Positions 38,492 through 50,205 of a stretch of 64,000 nucleotides of DNA are shown piece after piece. The DNA lies in assembly GCA_964016885.1 (NCBI GenBank), contig OZ024741.1:80538001-80602000 (forward strand). Reading direction: 5' to 3'. The DNA is from Eledone cirrhosa (Eukaryota). How positions within the stretch are numbered: the first letter of the stretch is position 1; each line of letters starts with the position of its first letter. The notes beneath the pieces were generated by a model that saw only the letters and a program-made list of their open reading frames with translations, did no database searches and was not told the DNA's origin. The translations under genes and the position numbers were made by a program.

Positions 38492-39754
38492 TGATGTATG
38501 TTCAATAAATAATGGAAAAATTATTTATCATCATAAGCTTATAAAACTTTGTCTACTTCAAAATAATGATCTCTCGTATCTACACACTTGCAAAGGCATC
38601 TTCTTCAGTCCTGTAAGACTTTCTGCCACTCTTTCTTCTGCAGTCCCATCAAGAAATTTGCTGATTCCTCTTATGTTGACTCTGATCTGATTTCCCTAAG
38701 ACAGTCTTACATGTGTTAGAACAGGAAGAAGCCACAAGGAGCCAGGTTGGGACTGTAGTGGGGTTGTTATACTACTTTCATTCCCCTGTTTGTCAGCTAT
38801 GTGGTCACCAGCATTGGTACAGAGTATTATCCTGGTGGAACCACCACTCTCCACTGCTTCCGCCTTATCCTCCTCATCCTTTTGCTGAACCCTCTCATAA
38901 TTTCAAAGTAATACTCCTTATTGACGGTTTGGCTCTCAGGAACCCATTCAATGTGAATTAGCCCTTGGGTATTGAAGAAAAGAATGACTATAGTCTTCTC
39001 TTGCAACCTGTTCATCTTTGCCTTCTTAGACCTGGGGGAGGAGACTTGCTTCCACTGGGTACTCTGATGTTTGCTCTCAGGGCCATTGGCAAATACCCAA
39101 CTCTCATTACAAGGTACTACTTTGAGAAAACCAGAATCGGTCTTTATCATATTGAGAATATCAGTGCAACATTCCGTACAAAATTGCCTCTGGTTTTTGG
39201 AGAAGATCTTTAGCACGGCATGTGGAGCTCTAGATCTTTGGTCAGAATTGTCTCTACTGGACCAATACTAATACTAACAGCTTCAGATATCATCCCCACA
39301 GTAATTCAACAATCTTCTATCCCTAACCTTCACACTTCTCAATGTTTTCCTTCTTTGTGTTCTATTTGGTGCTTCAGATCTGCGTCATTCTCAACCTGTT
39401 CATTTCCTTCAGAAAATCCTTTAAACAATCTGTAGAAACTTGTTTTGCTCATCTACCCCCCTCATAGGCCTCCTCTAAGACCTTGTTTGGTTTTCTTAAG
39501 TTTTACACAAAATTTGATTGTGTAATGTTGCTACATGTTTCCTTGCATCTTGCCATTTGTTAAGAGATCAGTGAACCAGGTGACACCAATTCCACCATGT
39601 ACACTACTGCACTCCAATCTAGGCAGATTGGAAGTTGCCAGTTAGTCACCTTATACATAATGTGTACATTTACTTCACTCTGAAGAAGCATTCGAATTGA
39701 ATGATAATTAATGCCGCTCTTGAAATTTTCTTGTTACTTATTGAACATAGCTTG
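38492..39754 (-). mobile_element. Mariner DNA transposon relic (~1.26 kb)
   Basis: Imperfect TIRs ..TATGTTCAATAA.TAA..GAAAATT with TA on each side. ORF 38827..39216 reads ESWVF..PESK.QS.QW....SPR.KK..FF...G.IH.EW.P...TVN.EYY (mariner transposase). Confidence 0.85.
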
Positions 39755-39802
39755 TACATATATACACTCATATAAATACATATATATATATACACACATA
39801 TA

Positions 39803-39922
39803 CAGAGTGTCCCCCCAAAAATATATACATACTTTGATTACCTGTACAGGCAATATTATTAGAATTTGAAATATTATTATTAGAATGTATAGCCTGTGTG
39901 TATACATATTTTGGACACCCTG
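39803..39922. mobile_element. Tc1/mariner-type MITE
   Basis: TA|CAGAGTGTCC..AAAA.ATATATACA ... TGTATACATATTTTGGACACCCTG|TA. Confidence 0.7.
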
Positions 39923-40059
39923 TATATATGTATGTGTGTGTGTATATAGATATATATGTGCGCATATATAGATATGTATGTGTGTATATATAGATGTGTG
40001 TGTGTATATATACATATATATGCGTGTATATTATATATGTACATATATATGTATAAATA

Positions 40060-40112
<53 letters not shown>

Positions 40113-41182
40113 ATATATATATATATATATAACTCATTCTACAGTTGTTTTAAATAATTTTCTTTGTTCAAATTTTTTTAGTTCCATAAATATTTTCAAG
40201 TTACAATATTCTGGAGCCAAAAACAATCAAAAACCATGTTTTTAGACTTTTTATTTCATTTTATTTTTCCCATTTAAGTTTTTGTTTGTTTATTTTGTAA
40301 CATTCTATGCCATGCAGTAATGTTCTTTTTTGCTTTGATGTGTACCTGTTGTTCATTTTAAAAATATTATTTTCTAGAAATAGTTTTATTGATCAAACTT
40401 TTATTATTTTCTTTTCTCTACTAATCGAGTAGTATATCACCAGATTTCCCTAAAAGTTACCAAACCATTTTAAGATGCTTGAAAAATGCAAACTATCATT
40501 TTGATTCAATTAACACTTTAGAATATCTAATCATATTAAATTTTACTATCCTTTCCCTTTTGTTTAACATTATAACATGAAGTTTATTGAGATTTAAAAC
40601 TTTGATCAACATTATATTTCAGTTTCTACCAGGAAATCATTTTGACCATAAATTATGGTGTTAGTTGATCTGGCCTAGAAGAAAATGTTAAGTCTTAGCT
40701 CAAACTTCTGTCGGTCCTTTACCTACAATATAGGTCAACCTCAGCAAACATGCAATATGATCTACTGGGGTTGTTCTTAATAATAGATTTCCTAGTGATA
40801 TTTTTTTATGTTGATATCTGCAATTTTTTTAATTATCGTTCTGAGTTCAAATTACACCAAGGTCAACTTTACTTTTCATCCTTCGAAAATTGTTGGCCTT
40901 ATGCCAAAATGAGAAACCATTTTACTATCTTATATCATAAATAATCTATTTATTAAATATATTAAATAAGTTCGCTAAACTTAAGCCTTACATGGAAATA
41001 TTTGCAGCCACTTCCTTGAGTTATAGAAAGAGGTGCAGTGTGATTGTTTTAGGAGCCCCTGATCACACTAACAATTTTACTTCTGATGCTATATTCAGAA
41101 GATACATAATCTTTACTCAGAACACATTGACAAATTGTAAGAAAAATAGAAAACCTTCATTTTGTACAAACTAAAATTCTAG

Positions 41183-41434
41183 TTAATTCTTTGAGTGCCT
41201 AATATATATGGGGATGCCTTTTACCTCTCATCTTTTGTGTGCCAAAGATGTAATGGTACATTTTAGTTTAGTTGGTGAAGCACAGCTCCAGACAAAGTAA
41301 ATAAAGTGGAATTTGATAAGAATAACTCTTTTATTTTATTTTTAATAATTTGTATGAAAAATGCAAAAATTAACATGTAATCACTGCTTTGAGCAGTAAA
41401 ATATGAGAAATAACACTGGCACTCAAAGAGTTAA
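41183..41434. mobile_element. Second TTAA-flanked (piggyBac-like) MITE family
   Basis: TTAA-TTCTTTGAGTGCC...GGCACTCAAAGAG-TTAA. Confidence 0.65.
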
Positions 41435-43529
41435 ATCTATTCAGTATCCAGACTAAAAATAAGGTTTCACTTGTAAAAAGAAAAAGGTAAACTGTATCTT
41501 GATATATACTTTGAGAAGCATTTTGAACATTTGGAAACTTCAAATTGTGATTATGCTGTTGTAAGAATTTCTTTTAGAAAACATATTAAAAAAGTTTGTT
41601 ATATTAAATATTTGAAATTAACAATACAAAAATATCGAAATGTTGCCATAGAAATATTTCATCGATACATATATTTTAGATAAAATACCTTTTTTCAAAA
41701 GTGTTAAGAGAACAAGAGGAATAAAGGGAATTATTGAGAACTTCATTATTTTTTGAATATTTAGAAAGATATTTGTCCCACCCTTGCAAGCAGGGAAAAG
41801 CGGACGTAAAAGGATGATGATATTCAGTCTACATTTATTTTTTTATTAAAGGAGCATATGCATATTGCAGAAGTATAATCTGGTAGCACCAACTCGTTTT
41901 ATTAACTTCTTTCAGTTATCTTTTCCAATAGTTAGAATCTTTACTTGGCTAAGGGACTCATAAATCAGAATTCCACCTTGGCTCACTTCATATTTTAAAA
42001 TGTAAGTCAACCATTTCGTTATACTAAGTTGGTGAATTGGCAGAATCATTAAATCAGTATTTCTCCCAGTTGTCTGAATTTTTAGTTCAAATCTCATTGA
42101 AGTTAACTATAACTTTCATCCTTTCAGGGTTGATGGAATTTTTAGAGCATTGAATGAGATGTCTTACAGTATTTGTTCAGTCTCTTTGTGTTCCGAGTTT
42201 GAATTCCACTATAACCTGCTTAGATGGTAGGCTTAATCCATCACCTGGTTTAACATCACAAGCATTTGGTTCATTCTCCATACTGGGGATATCTTGTTTC
42301 TCTTTTTTCATCAGTCTCAGGGGCCCTGACTAAATAGAAAAGAAAACGAAATCAAACTACAATAATTTGCAAAAATATGAAAGAAAATTATTGTGATTTA
42401 AATACCATGTATGTGTTAATAGATGTAGATATCAGCAACCAATACCATCAGTACCCTCAGTGATCATACCCAGACAGTGTGGGAGATGGCTCTCTGACAT
42501 GCAGAACCCTAGGTGCAAGCTGACTCCTGGTCTCAATGGACAGAATGAAGAAACCATTACTCCAGATCATAGTGAGGAAGATGTGATGAAATAACCATTC
42601 CAACCTGTGGGGCTCCCTCCTGTTGGTGGCAAACTCTGCCCTGATAGCAGTGAGTAAGGTGGTTTGTGGACCAAGGATACTTGATGAGTCCACCACTATA
42701 GGTTCAGTGACAAACCTATGGAAAATCCTCATCATTAGCAGCCAATAATTCAACAGCTTGTGAATTTCACCTTGAGTCTGTTACCAAAGGCATGTCCCAA
42801 TTTTGTGTACCTGATCAATACTCTGATTCAACTACTGTAAATATAATTGAAAAATGCAACTAGCAATAAAGTTACCTTTGCGAATGACATTACCAACCCC
42901 CTTTCCATTTCAAATGTCCATATTTTGCATTCAATTTATGTTTACTTATTGTCTCAGTGCAACAAATTATCAAAACATTCACTATTATTTTAAAATTGAA
43001 ATAAATCACTTATAAGTAGTTAGGTGTTTTGAAGATAGGCAAATTCATTGATATAGAGAGAAAATAAATATATTTCAGTTTACTGTATATTTTTGGAAGA
43101 TGTATTTGAAAATATATACTTCTAATATATTGCAGAAAATTATCTGTGTTCAGTGTTTTCTCATCTATTTAAAACTGAGTGCCAGTGTTGTTTTCAGTAT
43201 GTTATTGTTGGGATTACACATTCATTTCTGCATTTTCTGAAAATTAAAAGAAAAAAAATACAATGAGGTGTTTTGACCAAATTTGCTTTATTTACCTTGT
43301 CGGGACATGTGCTTCACAAGCTAAACTAGAACCTACTAGAATATCTTTGACACACAAGAGGGTGAGCTGTTAAATGTATGCTAGTACATCTTTGGTGCAC
43401 AGGGAGTGGGAGGTGAAGGATATACCAGTATGTTTTAGTACACAAGGGGTAGAAGGTAAAATACATTCCAGTCCATCTTTAGTATACAAAGAGTGGGAGG
43501 TAAAATATACACCAGTACGTTTGTTGTAC

Positions 43530-44150
43530 TCAGTGTTACATAATCATGTGTGCCATAAGGAAAGACCAGAATATTACAAAGCAACTTGAAGGATTATTTG
43601 CAAACTCTGGTTCTTTGGAGTCATCCATTTTTGTTGTGGAGTTCAACGTGAACTTTTCTTCTAATGTTTTTTTTTTTGTGTATCTCTCTAAATATAGAAT
43701 CCAAGTCGTTGCTATTGTTATGTTCGTGATCATCTTCATTTGGTTAAGCTTATTTGGATTTATTCAACTCAATCATACTATCTATCACAATCTCACTCAG
43801 TATTTAGAAGAACAGTAGGGTAACATCCTATGGTCCTACACAGCTAGTCAATGAAGGGTTTTACTAGATAGCTAACCTATGCATATTCATGTTCTGGTGT
43901 CCAGAGATGTATATCATTAATGAGGTTCTGCTTAGCTCCCCAGTAATAGATTGAAAAGCACATGCATCTCTGTCTAATGATACCAGTGATTTGAAAAAGA
44001 TTGTATAGTCTTTGGTTGGATGCTTTTTTAGAATGGCTTGCAACATGTGGGTGTAAGTGACTTCAACCTTAGCTTTCAGATGTTTCATGAATATCTAAGC
44101 ATTGGAGCCATACAATAGCACTGATTCTACAGTAGCACAGTTCATGATCA
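43530..44150 (-). mobile_element. Very degenerate RTE-X-like LINE remnant
   Basis: Fragment KAKVEVTYTHMLQAILKKHPTK resembles YTRMLRAIL..HPT of RTE-X-type C-termini. Confidence 0.4.
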
Positions 44151-44500
44151 AGAACCTTAAAAATAAAGTCGTGCAAAATTGGGTTTCTCTTGATGTGCCT
44201 CTAGAAAAAAGCAAACCAAATTTTTCAATATATGATCGAATCTATGAAAGTTCATTTCAACCTAGCAATGCCAAGCACCAATTGATTTGAAATAATGAAA
44301 TATTAAAAAAAAATCTATCTTAGCAAGATATTCTATAATTACATCATATTAGAGATTGAAGTATTCACTCTAATACACAGTAATCTATCCACTTAATATT
44401 ATAAGTATTTGAATTAACAAACTCATTTTTAGATATTTTCTGTTAAATCATTACAGGGTGTTACTACGAAAATGAGCATTTAATATATTCCTTTGTTTAG

Positions 44501-44542
44501 GCCACATATTCATCCTGTCCTAGAGGCTGCTGTTTCTGCTAA
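44501..44542 (+). CDS. Candidate PRUNE terminal exon (ATYSSCPRGCCFC*)
   Basis: ttcctttgtttag acceptor; phase 0 matches the 36703 donor. Followed by AT-rich UTR-like DNA with AATAAA (~44957-44966, ~45375). Unverified. Confidence 0.45.
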   Translation, partial: ATYSSCPRGCCFC

Positions 44543-45122
44543 TGGTGTCATTTCTTAATGGATATTATTTTATATTTTAGGAAATTAAACTAATATTTCA
44601 CATTTCATTAATGATTTAGTTTCAAATTGCCATGCCCTTTTTTTGAAAATTAGAAATTGAAGTTTGATAACTATAATATTGGATTGGTTTCATTCTAGTC
44701 TATCAATAATCATAAATACTTTGAGGATTTTAATCAGAAGTTTCCATTCAATTCATATTTTATATTATATTAAGTAATCTTATGGAACTCTCTTCCTTCT
44801 TGTTTCCCTGATGGGTGTAATCTTAATTCCTTTAAATCTGCTGATTGCTTTTCTGATTTCAAGGGCATTGTCTCATTAGATTTTCTTAAGTAGTTTCCTG
44901 GGGCCTGCTGTATATTGATGGTTACTTGCTTTCTTGTTGGGACTGACTTCCAATTAAATAAATAAACAAATACAAAACAATAAAATTATTATAATGTCAA
45001 ACCAGCAGAGAAGAAATCTATTTACATTACTCTTTATTCTGGATTGTTGGTTACTCATTATTTTGGTAGCAGGGAATATCTGAATGTCTTTTCTTTATTT
45101 TTATCTACTTTCAACTTTATTT

Positions 45123-45178
<56 letters not shown>

Positions 45179-45579
45179 ACACCTTATATTTGTTTCTTGC
45201 AAATTGTTCACATCACGAACACTTATTTCTTTGCAAAAAGAATTGGTTGTAGCACTGGTGTATTTCTTCTTTATTATTATTTATTTCTATATTTGGTTCT
45301 TTATTGTTGTCTCCTGTCAATCTGTTGTAAATTGTCTTTATTTGTAGTAATGATTAATATTTGTTTAAATATCAAATAAATTGATAATTAAGTTGTATAT
45401 TATATAATTACTTGCTTCATGATATTCAATTTGATTTTAATGAATGATGTTCTGTCATGTACAAACTGAGACTTATTTTACAAAGCACTGAGGGTTGCTA
45501 AAAAAAACAATTATTTCTAATATTAATTGACTTCTGTTGATATGTTTTACACTTTTTTTACACCTAGCTTATGTAAAGA

Positions 45580-45806
45580 TCTGTGTGAGTATTTGTCTGC
45601 TTGGTTTTATACTAGACACTGAGCTGTGATTAGTAGATGTCTACCTGGCTTTATTCTAGACACTGAGCTCTGATGAGTATGTCTTCTTAATCTTATTCTA
45701 TGTGGTGAGTTGTGATGAGTATATGTCTGCCTGGTCTTATACTAGATGTGAGCTGTGATGAATACATGTCTGCCCTGATCTTATACTAGACACTAGGCTG
45801 TGATGT
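45580..45806. repeat. ~44-bp tandem repeat, about five diverged copies
   Basis: Consensus approximately TTATACTAGACACTGAGCTGTGATGAGTATATGTCTGCCTGGTC. Confidence 0.75.
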
Positions 45807-46821
45807 ATCGGTGTTTTTCTTCTTTTCAGCAATATTTATTAATGTAAAAAGAGCAATATGCTTTGATAGGGTACAGTGTAAATCCTTTAACCCTTTGAAT
45901 CTAGATGTGCTGTCCTAATTCTGGATGTCCACAAAAAGTCATTGATAAAAAATGATATTCACCAATTAAAAAAATATGATAAATATACAAACTTTACAAA
46001 AATCATAGCAATGCCTTTCAGAATAATTGAAGTTAAAGCAGTGATATGAAACAATTTGGAATTTGTATAGAAATTATTGTCAGTAACAGTAGTAGTAAAC
46101 AAAAGTATGTGGTTGACTGTATGATCTGATACAGTCAAATATTGTTGGGATCAAAATACTGGGCTGTTGGGTTCAAAGTGTACATGGGATGTGAACATTT
46201 AATCTGTGTCAGTTCTTTAGTATTCGAGAGTAATCTCAATTCTAGTGTTTCTGTTAATGTATAAAATTGTGAGTGTAATGTTGGAACTGTGGAAGGAAAT
46301 TTGGGTTTGCAGAAAAATAAAAAAAAGGATAATGGCCTGAAGGACCATTCTGTATTAGGCTTTCATCATCATCACCGTTTTACGTCCATTCTTCCACGCT
46401 AGCATGGGTTAGAAGAGAAATGAAATGTCTGCTGGAAGGAAGTTTTTACCCACAAATAATTGAATCTATATTTGTCTTGTGAATGTATGTTCTTGAGATA
46501 TAAATAAGCTAACATATAAAATGAAATCAGGGAAAGCTGATCTGTCTGTCTCTCGATTTATCTATCTATCCATCCATCTAAGACCATCGATATTTCTCAG
46601 TCTTTTTAACCTTTCAGCTATTTATCACGATAGCTAGCTATCTACCTATCTCTTGCAGGCGCTGACTCTGTATCACTCCCAGCTACACCAGTCTACCACT
46701 TTTCGACTAGCTGTTTGGCAAACATGGCCTTGTACTCCTGCCTTTTTCTTACACACATATATGTATCCTCCTACATCACAAATTTCAATTTGCTACTCTG
46801 CGAACCATTTAACGATTGCAT

Positions 46822-47055
46822 GGGGCAGATGTGGACACCACAAGCCATAGTGAAGGCAACCCATCTAAGAGAGCAGTGGCTGATTAAAAACAACTGCTCG
46901 GGGAAGATGTGGACTCCATAAGCTGTAGTGAAGGCAACCTGTCAAGGAGGGCAGTGACTCCGATTTAAAAAACAACTACATATGGTAGACATGGGCTCAG
47001 TAAGCCGTAGTGAAGGCTACCCACCTAGAAGAGTAGACACTCCAAATAAAAACTG
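46822..47055. repeat. ~80-bp tandem repeat, three diverged copies
   Basis: AGA(T/C)(G/A)TGG.C..C..AAGC..TAGTGAAGGC(A/T)ACC occurs three times. Confidence 0.7.
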
Positions 47056-48376
47056 ATATAGGGTGGAAAGGATTCTTAAGTCTGGTAAGACATCCTCTCT
47101 AGTGCTGTGAGCATGATATGAACTTGCATTGACATATTTGATTTTGTGGTTATGAGTCTTGACCACATATCTCAGAAACAGTGATGTATCATAGATTAAA
47201 ATTTGTTGGGCCCTGCTTTAGAATAAAAGATGAGCTGGCATTGTTAGTTGTCCTTTGGTGACCTCAGCCAGCTGATCGGAAAAGCATGAAGTGTGAGATC
47301 TTGGTGTAATAATGTAGCCTCATGAGTTCTAGGGAGGTGTTGTGAGGTCTGTTTTGACTGGAGTCATCAAATGATGAGGTGTTTAATAATATCTACTTTA
47401 GTGCTAGGGATTCTGAGTTCAAATCCTATTGGAGATGTATTTGCTTTTCAACTTTTCACAGTTGATAGGTTCAAGGAATATATTGGTGCCATATCAACTA
47501 ATTTGTTTTTATTTTATTTTAATTTAAAAAAAAATGACTTTGATCTTAAATAGTTTATACATTTCAAATGTATTTTTACACTAAAATAGTGATGGGTTGA
47601 TAAAGATTTTTATAGTATTTGTACTGAAGTTTCTTGCTTTTAGATGTTGGTTTGCAGATGACATTGGCACTTGAGGTTTTCATAGGTTATAGACCAATGA
47701 GTATATGGTGAGATGTGGTATAGTAGAAGCAGTAAATTCTTTTGATTGGTTGAATGGCAGTATGATGAAACCAGCCTCTTTAGTATTATATTTCACTTAT
47801 AACAGAAGAGACAGAATGAAAATATATCACTCAATAGGCAGTGAATTGGCAGTCTATAGAGCATCGGATTAAATGCTTTGTGGTATTTGTTCTCACCCTC
47901 TACACTTTGAGTTCAAATCCTGCTGAAGTTAACTTTGCCATTCATCTTTGTAATGTTTGTTTTTTCTCTATGCATTCTGAGTTCAAATCCTGCTTCTGTC
48001 ATGGCGGAAAATGTTGACATGATAAAACTGGGGCTTCTATCATTAAAACACCCAAGAAGCTGGTAATAACTGCTCAGGTGTGACCTATAACAACAATTGC
48101 ATCAACTCAATAGGATTTATTGAACAAATAAAAAATTCATCATTTTAGATCAGAGAGCATAGTCTAGTACATTTAAACCTTACAATATTGGTAGTTACTT
48201 TATCAGTTGCAACTGGCAGATAGAATCAGTAATGGAAAGATTGATAGAAACACTGCTTCCTTGGCCCAATTTGACAATTGGTTCCTTTTTTTAAATATAC
48301 ATCTTTTTAATCTCTAAGATAAAATAAAGCAAATGTTGCTGTAGTTTTGGCAATCACACAGTTATTTGCTTTCCAG

Positions 48377-48406
48377 AAAGACCAGGGAAGATTGTGATAT
48401 TTCCTG
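48377..48406 (+). other. Candidate 30-nt symmetric microexon
   Basis: atttgctttccag / gtaagc. Open in phase 1 (xRPGKIVIFPx) and phase 2, closed in phase 0. Confidence 0.35.
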
Positions 48407-49500
48407 GTAAGCATATGTATTCAGATTCCTGAAGTTAGAAGCTGTAGATGAAGAATGGAATTATGAATTTTCTACTCGAAATCATCAATGTTCTACATCA
48501 GTGTTTTATTAACCCTATTGATACCATCCCGCCCAAAACCACCTCTAGGTCTTTGAAACGAAACCACTCATTTAAAAGATTTCCTATTTAACACTTTAGA
48601 TACCAACCTGCCCACTACCACCTCTGATTCTATGAAACAAAATCACCTATTTCAACACATTCCTATTTAAATAAAAATCTTGCAACACAATTTCGTATAA
48701 GAACCATATGTTAAGTTAGTATCTTAGAAATGAAATGATTAATAATTTTAGTAAATCCCTCAAAATTCTTCATTATTTAATTGAAATAGTGTATTTCATT
48801 AGGAATATGATTGCTAAAGGGTTAAAGACATGTTTCAGTCACCATTGGATAAGAGAAAAAAAATGTAACATGTCCAAACTCTTGATTACACACCATATGA
48901 TAAATCACTGGATGTGAGTGTAGCATCACATTTAGATGCAAAGAATAACTAAAATACTGAATTTGTGGATTGAACTTAGTCACATGACCAACTAACTATT
49001 TGTTATAAATCTGCTGCTCAATCATGGTTTACTGTACATATACAATAATTTGCTATCTCACTGCCTGAAACCACACCTGTTTCTATGACACAAAGCTGTT
49101 CATTTTAAATTATTTATATTTATCTAAAACCTTTCATTATAATTTTATATAAGAACATTTGTTAAGTTATAATCCAAACACCAGATTAATAATGAGAAAG
49201 TTAGTTATATCATGAAATTCCTCCAAATTCTTGGTTATTTTCAAAATTAATTTAAAATCATGGGTAGTATCTTTTGTGAGAAACATGGTCACAAAAAGGT
49301 TAAGCTAAAGAACAAGCAGAAGAAAGCTTTTGATATACATCTGGGTATATGTAATTACTTTTACTGTTAGCTTTGAAGTTATTTTATCAATATAACTTTA
49401 TATATTTTCCATTTTCATATCTATACTCTCTTTAGGCTGGCAGGTTTTATCAGGGTTAACATAACCTTTGATACTAAACTATCTGAAACTACTCCAGGCT

Positions 49501-50205
49501 CTACAGACACGGACGCCCGGGTAGGGACCCTTCGAAAAAGATCTGTCCCAGATGCGTGTGCGACGAGGAAACTGTTGCACATGCATTGGTACACTGCTCG
49601 GGCATTGCCGATCTGTGGGGCTATGTGGAACAACTGCTGTCAAGGGTGGGACCGATCCGGTTGACCACCGAGTCTATTGTAACGATCAAGCCGCCTCCCT
49701 TCTTCAAAAACGAAGGAGAGGCGGTGTTTCTGTGCGTAATAGCCATGGCGAAAGAGGTTGTATGGTGGACGCGTCTGAAAGGACTGAGGTCAGACACCTT
49801 TCTCTCTGGCCAACAACTGGTCCGTTTCTTCTGATATCATTTCGGAAGAAGGATCAGGATGGAGAGCGTGGTGCTGCACCCCAGCCGTTTTTATGAAAGA
49901 TGGGTGAAAGTGGCGAGAATGGCCCGTGTGAATGGGCCTTCACTCTACATCAGACTATAGGTGAGGAAGATGAAAGACCAAGGGAGCACCCCCTCTCTGT
50001 GCTCCTGAGGAGAAGGGTTGCACACTTTTTTCGGGGGTGTGTGCGACCCCCCAAGGATTTTGTTATAAATTTTATTTTGTTATATTTTATTTTATTTTTA
50101 TATTTTGTTATTGCCTCCTCCTTATTGAGGACGCCTTGTTATGTAAACTCCCCCCATTGTACTTGTCCCACTTTTTGATGCCCTGGTGGCAAATAAAAAG
50201 CAAAT
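49501..50205 (+). mobile_element. 5'-truncated Tx1/L1-clade LINE 3' end with TSD, inserted in a MITE
   Basis: CCHC finger CPRC..DEETVAHALVHC; 3' end GGCAAATAAAAAGCAAA. TSD TATCTGAAACTACTCC at 49480-49495 and 50206-50221. Confidence 0.85.

Noticed and set aside
43380-43520. Short ~50-bp tandem (TACACCAGTAC..GAGTGGGAGGT) and similar small tandems at ~31160-31280 and ~37200-37345
   Set aside because: These are ordinary degenerate minisatellites with no structure or coding signal I can support.
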